Source: Escherichia phage BF17. Taken from it: a stretch of 64,000 nucleotides of DNA. A model generated the notes under the pieces. That model was not told where the DNA came from. It saw only the letters and a list, made by a program, of their open reading frames with translations, and searched no databases. Positions 48,506-56,701 of this stretch are shown piece after piece (position 1 is the first letter of the stretch; each line of letters begins with the position of its first letter). The position numbers and the translations under genes are program-made. The stretch lies in sequence record MW822008.1, one strand, 5' to 3'.

Positions 48506-48910
48506 ATGAATATACGTTCAGTACGAATATTTTCATTTGTTGATATGAATAAAAAACACTCTTATGTGTTTGAAAATGTCAATAAGTTAAATCCTCATAC
48601 GGCAAAAATGATTGAAACCATGAAGAACTTGAGTTTACATATAGAAGTTTACTATCTTCATGACGATTCTGTTTATGTATATGATGATGGATGGTATGAC
48701 GGTGTGTTTTATGATGACATTAGCACTACTGCTGATTACTACTTTCTAGTGAGTAATCCACTATTCAGTACTAAAACTTTGTTTGACATTACCGATACAA
48801 GCGTGTATGATACAAGTCATGTTGAGTTACTTAAGTTTGATCCAGTATTATTCAACAAAGAGACGGCGTATTGGATGACTGATTTCTTTTCAAATATTCC
48901 AGTAAAATAG
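48506..48910 (+). CDS. hypothetical protein
   Basis: Track ORF 48470..48910; ATG 48506 after TGGAG. Confidence 0.5.
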   Translation: MNIRSVRIFSFVDMNKKHSYVFENVNKLNPHTAKMIETMKNLSLHIEVYYLHDDSVYVYDDGWYDGVFYDDISTTADYYFLVSNPLFSTKTLFDITDTSVYDTSHVELLKFDPVLFNKETAYWMTDFFSNIPVK

Positions 48911-48911
48911 T

Positions 48912-48940
48912 TTGGACATTTTAAATCTTAGTGATATAAT
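48912..48940 (+). promoter_or_regulatory. sigma70-like early promoter upstream of clpP
   Basis: TTGGAC (48912-48917), 17 nt spacer, TGaTATAAT (-10 at 48935-48940). Confidence 0.5.
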
Positions 48941-48974
48941 ACTCACAACAACGAAATAATAGAGGAAATTAATA

Positions 48975-49670
48975 ATGGTTGAACAATTCATGTTTGGTGG
49001 TTATGCTAATGGCGAAGTACGTAACATTTCTATTCCTTACGTAGTTGAGAAAGTTAATGGTTCAGAACGTACATATGATCTAGCATCTCGTATGATGCAA
49101 GACCGTATCATTTTCCTTGATACTGATTTCAATGATCAAATGGCACATATCATCAAACAACAATTGGTATGGTTAGACTCACAAGGTGATTCCCCTATTA
49201 CATTCTACATTAGTTCACCGGGTGGTTCAGTACACGCAGGTTTGGGTATTGCAGATGTTGCTAAGTCTTGTATTTCGCCAATTCGCACTGTAGTAATGGG
49301 CTATGCAGCATCAATGGGTTGCTATACACAATCTGTTATTGGGACTAAAGGTTTCCGTTTAGGTGGTAAACGCTCATACTTCATGTGTCACCAAGTAAGT
49401 TCTGGTACACAAGGTCTAATTACAGACCAGAAGATTTCCCTACAACATTCTGATGCACTGAATACATTGTTGACCAAAGAAATTGCAGAAGCTGTAGGTG
49501 TATCACATGAACAATTACTAAAAGATGCTGACCGCGATTTGTGGTTAAATGCAGAAGAAGCACTTGAATATGGTGAACATGGTTTCATTGATGGTATTAT
49601 TCTTGGTCCACGTAACGAAGAAGGCAAGTACTTAGTTAAGCGTCGCGGTGGTGTAGAAGAGTGGGTGTAA
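48975..49670 (+). CDS. clpP: ATP-dependent Clp protease proteolytic subunit homolog
   Basis: Aligns with bacterial ClpP: SPGG, Ser in AASMG, His in CHQ, Asp in DADRD. Confidence 0.9.
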   Translation: MVEQFMFGGYANGEVRNISIPYVVEKVNGSERTYDLASRMMQDRIIFLDTDFNDQMAHIIKQQLVWLDSQGDSPITFYISSPGGSVHAGLGIADVAKSCISPIRTVVMGYAASMGCYTQSVIGTKGFRLGGKRSYFMCHQVSSGTQGLITDQKISLQHSDALNTLLTKEIAEAVGVSHEQLLKDADRDLWLNAEEALEYGEHGFIDGIILGPRNEEGKYLVKRRGGVEEWV

Positions 49671-49718
49671 GATAGATTTTGATGCCTCAATATGGGGCAT
49701 CATCTTTGTGGAGATTAT

Positions 49719-50009
49719 ATGAAAGTACTAGTACGTAATAATACGGAAGTAGCAAATGTATTAGAAGATTCCGATTTTATTAATGTTGCGTTCGATCAAA
49801 TTAGTGCAGTAGCACTTGAATTAAAAAATGTAGATGAATCTGAGCGTGTGCTGAATGGTTTTGCAATTGTACTTGAATTAATGAATGAAGTACTAATTAA
49901 AAAGAACATTAATCCAGTTGATGCGGTTCAACATGCAGAAGCTGTGCGTAAAGAACACGGTACATTCTCTGACAAAAAATACATTCAAACTGATGAGGTA
50001 AAAGAATAA
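49719..50009 (+). CDS. hypothetical protein
   Basis: Track ORF 49692..50009; ATG 49719 five nt after GGAG. Confidence 0.5.
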   Translation: MKVLVRNNTEVANVLEDSDFINVAFDQISAVALELKNVDESERVLNGFAIVLELMNEVLIKKNINPVDAVQHAEAVRKEHGTFSDKKYIQTDEVKE

Positions 50010-50010
50010 T

Positions 50011-50457
50011 ATGTCCAATGCACAATATAAAGATGGTTATGACGCATACAAAGCAAAAGTAGTTCTAAGTGCTGAACAGCTAAAAATGCAGCATCCATTA
50101 TATCGTCAGGGCTATCGTGCAGCACAAGCAGAAGCAATGAAGAAAAATAATGTAACTTTCCCTACTACACTATATGATATTCCAAAACGTCCACACATTT
50201 TTAAAGCTGAATGGACTGATATTATGGCAGCGACAAAGCGTCCACGCTTTGCTAAATTACACACCGATGAAGGTCGCTGGTTGCTAATGGGGATTATGAA
50301 AGCAGTTGAGAATCAATCTCATAAGATTGTTCGTTATAAAGATGTTGTTGCTATGGTTGATAAAGCATTTGACCTTGTACTTCAATATGGTTATGATGAA
50401 GGTGTTCTAACTGTTTCTGATTGTGAAAAATATCAGTACACCCCATATCAAAAATAA
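50011..50457 (+). CDS. hypothetical protein
   Basis: 148 aa track ORF. Confidence 0.55.
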   Translation: MSNAQYKDGYDAYKAKVVLSAEQLKMQHPLYRQGYRAAQAEAMKKNNVTFPTTLYDIPKRPHIFKAEWTDIMAATKRPRFAKLHTDEGRWLLMGIMKAVENQSHKIVRYKDVVAMVDKAFDLVLQYGYDEGVLTVSDCEKYQYTPYQK

Positions 50458-50465
50458 TATTGTGA

Positions 50466-50499
50466 AAAGGAATCCTATCATGGGATTCCTATTTTTATT
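50466..50499 (+). terminator. intrinsic terminator
   Basis: aggaatcc-tatcatg-ggattcct hairpin followed by ATTTTTATT. Confidence 0.6.
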
Positions 50500-50583
50500 G
50501 CTGTATATCAATTTTCCATTGATCATATTTTGATCTATATGAGCTAAATACCCAAGGAATCATTGTTACTAGGGTAGGTGAAT

Positions 50584-51132
50584 ATGCAGCAATATAATTT
50601 AACTGAAGAACAAAGTGATATTTTTTACCATCATATGTTTTTAATTGATGAATTTGCTTTAAAAATTAATTCTGAAGCAATTGATATATTGAAGAAATGG
50701 TATAGTTGTTATAATAAAAACAAAAAGTGGTATTGGTTTAATAGAAATATAAAATCATTTCTAAAAACAATCACATACACTGATAGTATTGAGTTAATAC
50801 ATAGTTCTATTGGATATAGTTACTTAACTAAACACAACAGTACTATGATGTTATCAGGGTTTAAAGTTGAAAGAATTTCCAAGTTAACAGGTTTGTCATT
50901 AGAAACAATTCTATATGATATTGAGAAAATTTGGAAAACTATAGAATTAATGCATAAAAATATGTCATTCATATATAGAAATTATGATATATTCACTGAT
51001 GTACGACAATATCATAATAAACCGTATGTATTGGATGAAAAGTACTATAATCATATGGAAGTTTGTTCTAAACTCGTTGATGATTGGAATCTAGAGGGAC
51101 ATAATGAAATACACACACCTAAGTATAGATGA
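50584..51132 (+). CDS. hypothetical protein
   Basis: Track ORF 50578..51132; ATG 50584. Confidence 0.5.
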   Translation: MQQYNLTEEQSDIFYHHMFLIDEFALKINSEAIDILKKWYSCYNKNKKWYWFNRNIKSFLKTITYTDSIELIHSSIGYSYLTKHNSTMMLSGFKVERISKLTGLSLETILYDIEKIWKTIELMHKNMSFIYRNYDIFTDVRQYHNKPYVLDEKYYNHMEVCSKLVDDWNLEGHNEIHTPKYR

Positions 51133-51628
51133 TACTAATATCTGGTTAGATAACATAATCAAGACATTAGAATTAATTAAACTTACATTACAAAAAACTA
51201 CTGATATTGAAATTAATATTAAACAAGAAATATTAAACTATTATCATAGAAACAAATATAGCACGTTTATCTCTAAATTAATTTATGGATTATATGATAT
51301 TGAAGATATTTGCATCGGTTACAGTACTGGTATTTGCTTCACAGTTAATGGTTTAAAAAATGATTTAAATTTCAGACTTTCCGATGAAGAGCAAGATTTT
51401 CGTAGATTTTGTGATAATATTATGGATACAGATAAAATTACATTTGTTATTGAATTAAATCAAACGTGGTCTACATATGCAGATAAACCATTTGAAATTA
51501 ATGAAACAGATGTGTTAAACTATATTCGAGTTATGAAAATTCATGATTTGTGTAAAAACGCATTGTTAAGTATTGGAGCTTATAATGAAACATACGACTT
51601 GGTTGAAGATAGCAGAAGTAGTTGCTGA
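51104..51628 (+). CDS. hypothetical protein
   Basis: 174 aa track ORF; overlaps cd start by ~44 nt, 3' end uncertain. Confidence 0.45.
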   Translation: MKYTHLSIDDTNIWLDNIIKTLELIKLTLQKTTDIEINIKQEILNYYHRNKYSTFISKLIYGLYDIEDICIGYSTGICFTVNGLKNDLNFRLSDEEQDFRRFCDNIMDTDKITFVIELNQTWSTYADKPFEINETDVLNYIRVMKIHDLCKNALLSIGAYNETYDLVEDSRSSC

Positions 51629-52064
51629 GGAAAGTAAATGTATTTCACAAAAAGTTGGTTGTGTTATTGTTAAAAATAACCGAGTATTGAGTACTGGATA
51701 CAATGGTACTCCATCAAAACAACCAAATTGTTGTGATGTGAATCAACACTTAGTCAATGATGGACGTTTTCAAGACTGGGTTAGTGATGAAGCAAAGCAT
51801 GAACATCATGAGTGGAGTAATATTCATGAAATCCATGCTGAAATGAACGCTTTACTCTATAGTTCTCCTACTGAACGTCAAGGTGCTACTCTTTACACAA
51901 CACTACAACCATGTTATACTTGTTCTAAGTTGATCGCAGGTAGTGGAATTTCACGTGTAATTTATCTCAAAAATTATCCTCGTACACCACCAGAAGCTAT
52001 TAAAGTACTGGAAGATGCTGGAATTATTGTTAATTGCATTTATGATAAGGGTCTTGATAAATGA
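51585..52064 (+). CDS. cd: dCMP deaminase
   Basis: Track ORF 51573..52064; ATG 51585 after GGAG; zinc motifs HAEMNA and PCYTC; N-terminus aligns with T4 Cd. Confidence 0.9.
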   Translation: MKHTTWLKIAEVVAEESKCISQKVGCVIVKNNRVLSTGYNGTPSKQPNCCDVNQHLVNDGRFQDWVSDEAKHEHHEWSNIHEIHAEMNALLYSSPTERQGATLYTTLQPCYTCSKLIAGSGISRVIYLKNYPRTPPEAIKVLEDAGIIVNCIYDKGLDK

Positions 52065-52318
52065 CAGTAATAATTATTATTGCTTTTCTAATAACAGTGT
52101 TTTTCATTTTTATGTTATATATAGTTGCTATGGATGAACCTAATACTTCTTTTCGAAATTATGAAGTTCGTTTTTCTGCACAAAATAATAAGTACTATAT
52201 TGTAAACTGTATACACCGTAGTGAGAAAAGGGTAACAAGTAGATTTGGATTTACCATTTATTATAAAGACCGAGTAGAAGCTGATATGATTTGTCAGAAG
52301 CTTAATACTGTAGAATAA
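52061..52318 (+). CDS. small membrane protein
   Basis: 85 aa, N-terminal hydrophobic helix; ATGA overlap with cd. Confidence 0.5.
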   Translation: MTVIIIIAFLITVFFIFMLYIVAMDEPNTSFRNYEVRFSAQNNKYYIVNCIHRSEKRVTSRFGFTIYYKDRVEADMICQKLNTVE

Positions 52319-52347
52319 AAAAAAGGAGCCGTATGGCTCCTTTTTTT
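52317..52347. terminator. bidirectional intrinsic terminator
   Basis: A-run, ggagcc-gtat-ggctcc hairpin, T-run; lies between convergent genes. Confidence 0.65.
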
Positions 52348-52348
52348 G

Positions 52349-52726
52349 TTAACCAGGGAGGTTACAATAATACAAATCCCAAGGGTGATATTTCATCGCA
52401 CCAGTACTCAATTTAATTTTATGAAACTGGAATGATTCGGCAAATGCACTATCGTCAATCTTAATACAAAAAGTGTTTTTGGCTAGAGTTGGTGCAATTT
52501 CCAATGCTGTTTTAGATGCATCTAATCTAATTTTATCTTTATCATAACTAGTGATAGTTACAAAACGATAAACATTAAAATCAGTATCAATGAGATCGTA
52601 AACACAACTAGAACGTTGATTAAAGATGTTCAAGTTATATTTCAATTCACCGTTTATATTAGCTGCGGTTACACAAAACCCGCCGATATTGAATGGTAGT
52701 TTACCTTGTGCTGCGATAGCTTTCAT
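52349..52726 (-). CDS. hypothetical protein (only convincing minus-strand gene)
   Basis: 125 aa; AAGGA RBS upstream of start on minus strand; intergenic space both sides. Confidence 0.55.
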   Translation of the reverse strand: MKAIAAQGKLPFNIGGFCVTAANINGELKYNLNIFNQRSSCVYDLIDTDFNVYRFVTITSYDKDKIRLDASKTALEIAPTLAKNTFCIKIDDSAFAESFQFHKIKLSTGAMKYHPWDLYYCNLPG

Positions 52727-52795
52727 ATTTTATTTCCTTTTTAAATATAAGTATGAAATATATTTGTTTTTTACATCAGATGCACCATGAACTAG

Positions 52796-52824
52796 TTGAC
52801 AAAACATCAGTGGTATGATATGAT
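52796..52824 (+). promoter_or_regulatory. sigma70-like early promoter
   Basis: TTGACA (52796-52801), 17 nt spacer, TATGAT (52819-52824). Confidence 0.5.
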
Positions 52825-52886
52825 CTGTTATAAACTGTACACCTTAAGTTTTATTTTTAAAAATTTGAGTTAAGTACAGAAAAAGT

Positions 52887-52915
52887 TTGACTTAAGTGTT
52901 TAAGTACTATATTAT
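52887..52915 (+). promoter_or_regulatory. sigma70-like promoter
   Basis: TTGACT (52887-52892), 17 nt spacer, TATTAT (52910-52915). Confidence 0.4.
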
Positions 52916-52950
52916 TTATATCTTCCTAAACAAAATTGAGGACTTGTTAT

Positions 52951-53559
52951 ATGAAAAGACTATGGCTTGAAGTGATACAAGCAGCAATGTTTCTATTGTT
53001 AATAAATTTTCCAGCCAGTGCTGGTATTGAAAGTAAAAATGTGATAAAGTATAATCCTGAAACCCGAAATGTATATTTCATATCAGATATTACAGATGGG
53101 TCACTCAAGAGAATGATAGAGTTGTATGATAAAGAACACTATGATACCATCACAATTACATCTCCTGGTGGTGATTTTGATGCAGGTATTCGAATGGCAA
53201 ACTTTGTTAGAGACAATGGGATAAATTTAATTGTTTCTAGGTATTGCAATTCAGCATGTACTGTGGTATTCTTTAGTGTATCTCCCGAAAAGCGATATAT
53301 GACAAATCGCTCAGTACTGGGTCTTCATAACATTTCGATTAAAAGTAATGTTACTGATGGTGATAATTCATTTGTGTCTGTAAGACAGTTATCAACTTTT
53401 ACCGAAGAAATGGCAACAAAGGTAGGTTTCCTTTTTTCACTATATGCAGCAAATGGAATCCCACCAGAAGTTCTATTTAGAGTTAGTCGTTCTCGTGGTG
53501 AAGATGTTGTAATATTAACAAAACCAGAACTGGTTTTTTACGGTTCAGTCAAACAATAA
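52951..53559 (+). CDS. secreted ClpP-fold serine peptidase-like protein
   Basis: Track ORF 52936..53559; ATG 52951; signal peptide MKRLWLEVIQAAMFLLLINFPASA; SPGGDFDAG motif, candidate Ser (CNSAC) and His (GLHN). Confidence 0.55.
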   Translation: MKRLWLEVIQAAMFLLLINFPASAGIESKNVIKYNPETRNVYFISDITDGSLKRMIELYDKEHYDTITITSPGGDFDAGIRMANFVRDNGINLIVSRYCNSACTVVFFSVSPEKRYMTNRSVLGLHNISIKSNVTDGDNSFVSVRQLSTFTEEMATKVGFLFSLYAANGIPPEVLFRVSRSRGEDVVILTKPELVFYGSVKQ

Positions 53560-53629
53560 AAATAATTAAAATAACAGGATGATTATGATGTACTTCCTTT
53601 GTTATTAATTATATTGAGATTATATAACT

Positions 53630-53890
53630 ATGACAAACATCCAAAACTTGACATCTATTATTTTTTATGCTACTGTAGTAATGTATGCTACAGTTATTTT
53701 TCTAACAGTTTTCATTTACAAAGATTATCGTAATGGCTTTATTGATTCAACTACAATGAAGTTCAATTCAAAATTCGAAGCAATAATTTATTATGTACTA
53801 TCAACTTCATACTTGGTGTGCCTAATGTTGTTAGGAGCACTAATTTATATCTTATACACAACATTATTTGCAATTGGAGCTATTTTATGA
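53630..53890 (+). CDS. small membrane protein
   Basis: 86 aa, two hydrophobic helices. Confidence 0.5.
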   Translation: MTNIQNLTSIIFYATVVMYATVIFLTVFIYKDYRNGFIDSTTMKFNSKFEAIIYYVLSTSYLVCLMLLGALIYILYTTLFAIGAIL

Positions 53891-54480
53891 CCTGTATTAT
53901 TGCACACACTAACGGAGTAAGTTCTTTTATTGCTGGGGATAAGTTAGGAAGCAATGGATTTACAAAAACTGTTCAAACTGAACCAAAGGTATTCGAGAAA
54001 GAATTTATCAAGTTACATGATGATGGACTAACTAGAACTAAAGAAGTAATGGCATTGGGTTATACTACATCATTTCGTATGGGTCAGTTGTTAAATTATA
54101 ACCTTAATTTACCTGAACAAGATGCTAGTCAAACATTTTCACAATATTTGGTTCTTAAAGTTATTCCAATTATTCGTCAAATGTTTAAAGAAGAATGGGG
54201 TGCACGAGATGCATCACAAGATGTAGGTGGTGGACAATTTATCATTCTCCACAATCATACAATCTATGAAGTTCAAGAAGACTTTTCAGTACTACAACCT
54301 AAAACAAGAATTACCGCAGTAGGTAGTGGGACATATCATGCAATTGCAGCAATGCAAGCATATATTGAAGTTGAGAACGAATCTAAAAAACCACTACACG
54401 AACGTATCAAATCAATTTTTAAAATTGTTAGTGATAATGTAACAAGCGTAAGCGAAGAGTTTGATGTTTTAAAATATTAA
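53887..54480 (+). CDS. HslV/proteasome beta-like Ntn-hydrolase peptidase
   Basis: Track ORF 53818..54480; ATG 53887 overlaps upstream stop; Thr2 after Met; IAGD and AVGSGTYHAIAAMQAY align with HslV. Confidence 0.6.
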   Translation: MTCIIAHTNGVSSFIAGDKLGSNGFTKTVQTEPKVFEKEFIKLHDDGLTRTKEVMALGYTTSFRMGQLLNYNLNLPEQDASQTFSQYLVLKVIPIIRQMFKEEWGARDASQDVGGGQFIILHNHTIYEVQEDFSVLQPKTRITAVGSGTYHAIAAMQAYIEVENESKKPLHERIKSIFKIVSDNVTSVSEEFDVLKY

Positions 54481-54507
54481 AAGTACTAATATTATAAGAG
54501 AGAATAG

Positions 54508-54702
54508 ATGATGGCATACACAATTTATGAATGGGTTTTGAGTTTTTTTATAGTTTTTTCTATTGTTGTAATTTATAACAATACTAAATGCTTATATAGG
54601 GACTTGAAATCCAATGGTTATCACAAAGATAATAATTTTATGTATGCCTATCATATTGGAATCATTCTGTTATTATCAATATATTTAATTGGTTTTTTAT
54701 AA
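54508..54702 (+). CDS. small membrane protein
   Basis: 64 aa, two hydrophobic helices. Confidence 0.45.
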   Translation: MMAYTIYEWVLSFFIVFSIVVIYNNTKCLYRDLKSNGYHKDNNFMYAYHIGIILLLSIYLIGFL

Positions 54703-54711
54703 GGATTGAAT

Positions 54712-55464
54712 ATGATATCAGAAAAATTTATAAGCAATGAAGGTAAAAAGCGATTACTGATTATATCAGGTGCAGGACTTTCTGTTGAAAGTGGTATGGA
54801 ACCTTTTCGATTTGATGATGGTTTGTGGGATACATTTAAAATTAATGATGTATGTAACATTGCTAGTTTAACTACAAAATATCATGTTGTTCATTCTTTC
54901 TATAATACATTACGTGTAAAATTGGGACAATGCGAACCGAATGCAATGCATTATTTTATAAAATCGTTAGAAGATCAATATGGTGATTGCTTCCTTCATA
55001 TGACTTCTAACATGGACGATCTTTATACTCGTATTGGTGGTCATGAGCTTAAACTTCATGGAAACTTGTGCGAAGTTATTGAAAATTATAGTATCAATTC
55101 CGATGATTATAATGTTATTAACTGCGGATACGAACCATACATACCAAAACATGATGTTTTTGCTAAACCAAATGTAGTAATGATTGGAGAATATCATCGT
55201 TATGTTGATGGTATTCGCTTACCAATTTACGAAGAACGAAATAATGTGTTGAAATCTCTTAATGAAAATGATACAGTTATTGTAATTGGTAGTAGCGATA
55301 CAGTACTGGTATGGTCGAGATTAGCAGCAGCATTACCATGTTATAGTGTTAATGTTAACATTCGTAAAAATGATAATGATTTTTTGTTTAATGAAAAAGT
55401 TATCAAGCCAGCAACCAAAGCAATACCGCATCTAGAGACTATAATTAAGGAACGTATGAAATGA
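54712..55464 (+). CDS. Sir2/CobB-family sirtuin-like protein
   Basis: Track ORF 54706..55464; ATG 54712 after AAGGA; GAGLSVESGMEPFR, catalytic His LHGN, VIVIGSS; aligns with CobB. Confidence 0.8.
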   Translation: MISEKFISNEGKKRLLIISGAGLSVESGMEPFRFDDGLWDTFKINDVCNIASLTTKYHVVHSFYNTLRVKLGQCEPNAMHYFIKSLEDQYGDCFLHMTSNMDDLYTRIGGHELKLHGNLCEVIENYSINSDDYNVINCGYEPYIPKHDVFAKPNVVMIGEYHRYVDGIRLPIYEERNNVLKSLNENDTVIVIGSSDTVLVWSRLAAALPCYSVNVNIRKNDNDFLFNEKVIKPATKAIPHLETIIKERMK

Positions 55465-56012
55465 GTGTTAAAGAAGTTCCCTTTGGTGAATATGGCACAC
55501 GTGCAAATTTTGTATTTTGTTATTTCTTTGCAAGAAAATGCAACCCTTACAAAAACTATGAGTTGAATGATATACCAGAAGTAAATTTAGTATTACTGCA
55601 ATTACGATGGGATGGTCTTCTTGGTGGATGTGGTGGAACCGTAGAAAGTACTGATATCTCACTAGAAGATGCGTTGCGTCGTGAAGTTCAAGAAGAAATG
55701 GATTACAATATTTTTGTTTCCCATCTTCGACCACTCAAAACTTTTGAAATTTACCCAGGTGCAAACAGTCACAGTTTTAGCTATGAAGTAACCTATGACG
55801 AGTTGAAACACATTAGAGATGGATACACTAATGCTAAACATGCAAGTGCAGAAGTTGCTGGTGTAAATTTATGTCATATTTCTCGTTATTCTAAGGGACA
55901 AAATCGAGAAGCGGGATATAATAATCTTATGACACAGAACTTCATCGGTACAGCAAAACAAGAATTGGAGTATCTGGTTCAAAAAGAAAACTTACTAATT
56001 AGTTATCTATAG
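55461..56012 (+). CDS. Nudix hydrolase
   Basis: ATGA-coupled to the sirtuin gene; Nudix box GGTVESTDISLEDALRREVQEE. Confidence 0.7.
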   Translation: MSVKEVPFGEYGTRANFVFCYFFARKCNPYKNYELNDIPEVNLVLLQLRWDGLLGGCGGTVESTDISLEDALRREVQEEMDYNIFVSHLRPLKTFEIYPGANSHSFSYEVTYDELKHIRDGYTNAKHASAEVAGVNLCHISRYSKGQNREAGYNNLMTQNFIGTAKQELEYLVQKENLLISYL

Positions 56013-56021
56013 GAGTTTAAC

Positions 56022-56342
56022 ATGTCTTACTCAATGTTTTTGGATGATATTCGTGATGCAAATCTATATTATCCAAACCAAGATATGGTGGTATGTCGTG
56101 ACTTTAAAAGTGCATGTGAATATGTTATTGAAAATGGAATTCCAGCATTTGTATCATTCGACCATGACTTGGGTGATGTGAGCGAAGACGAAAAGACTGG
56201 ATATTCTTTTGCTAAGTTTCTTATTGATTATATGTTTGATAATAATATTAAAGAACCGTTTGAGTACTTTGTTCACAGTAGTAATCCTGTTGGTAAAATT
56301 AATATTGAAACATACTTAAACAATGGATTTAACGCATTATGA
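56022..56342 (+). CDS. hypothetical protein
   Basis: 106 aa track ORF. Confidence 0.5.
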   Translation: MSYSMFLDDIRDANLYYPNQDMVVCRDFKSACEYVIENGIPAFVSFDHDLGDVSEDEKTGYSFAKFLIDYMFDNNIKEPFEYFVHSSNPVGKINIETYLNNGFNAL

Positions 56343-56641
56343 TTCAAACACACATCAAAAGTCTTATTTGTACTGTTCTGTTAGGTGCAGGAGTTCTTTG
56401 GTTCGGACAGTATCACGAGAACACTAAGCGTACCAACATTCACTACAATACCGCAGAAGTTGTTAGTTTAGGACAATGTAGCGAGTCCAAATGTTCATTT
56501 ATGTATAAAACCCAAAGTGGTGAAGTACGTAATGGACTATCAAGAGAACCAGTTTCAATTGGTCAACTTGTTTACCAGGAGTGCTGGGAAGAAAAGGTTC
56601 GAGGTTCACGTTGCTATGTTGAATACGAACCAAATATGTAA
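56339..56641 (+). CDS. membrane-anchored Cys-containing protein
   Basis: N-terminal hydrophobic segment; four Cys. Confidence 0.5.
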   Translation: MIQTHIKSLICTVLLGAGVLWFGQYHENTKRTNIHYNTAEVVSLGQCSESKCSFMYKTQSGEVRNGLSREPVSIGQLVYQECWEEKVRGSRCYVEYEPNM

Positions 56642-56701
56642 TAATCCGAGTCAATAACATTAGTCGAGTACAAGGATGTACTCATAACTCAAGGATGTTT
56701 T

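Noticed and set aside
49681-49702. Hairpin gatgcc...ggcatc after clpP as a terminator
   Set aside because: Short stem, long loop, no following T-run; more likely part of the next gene's leader.
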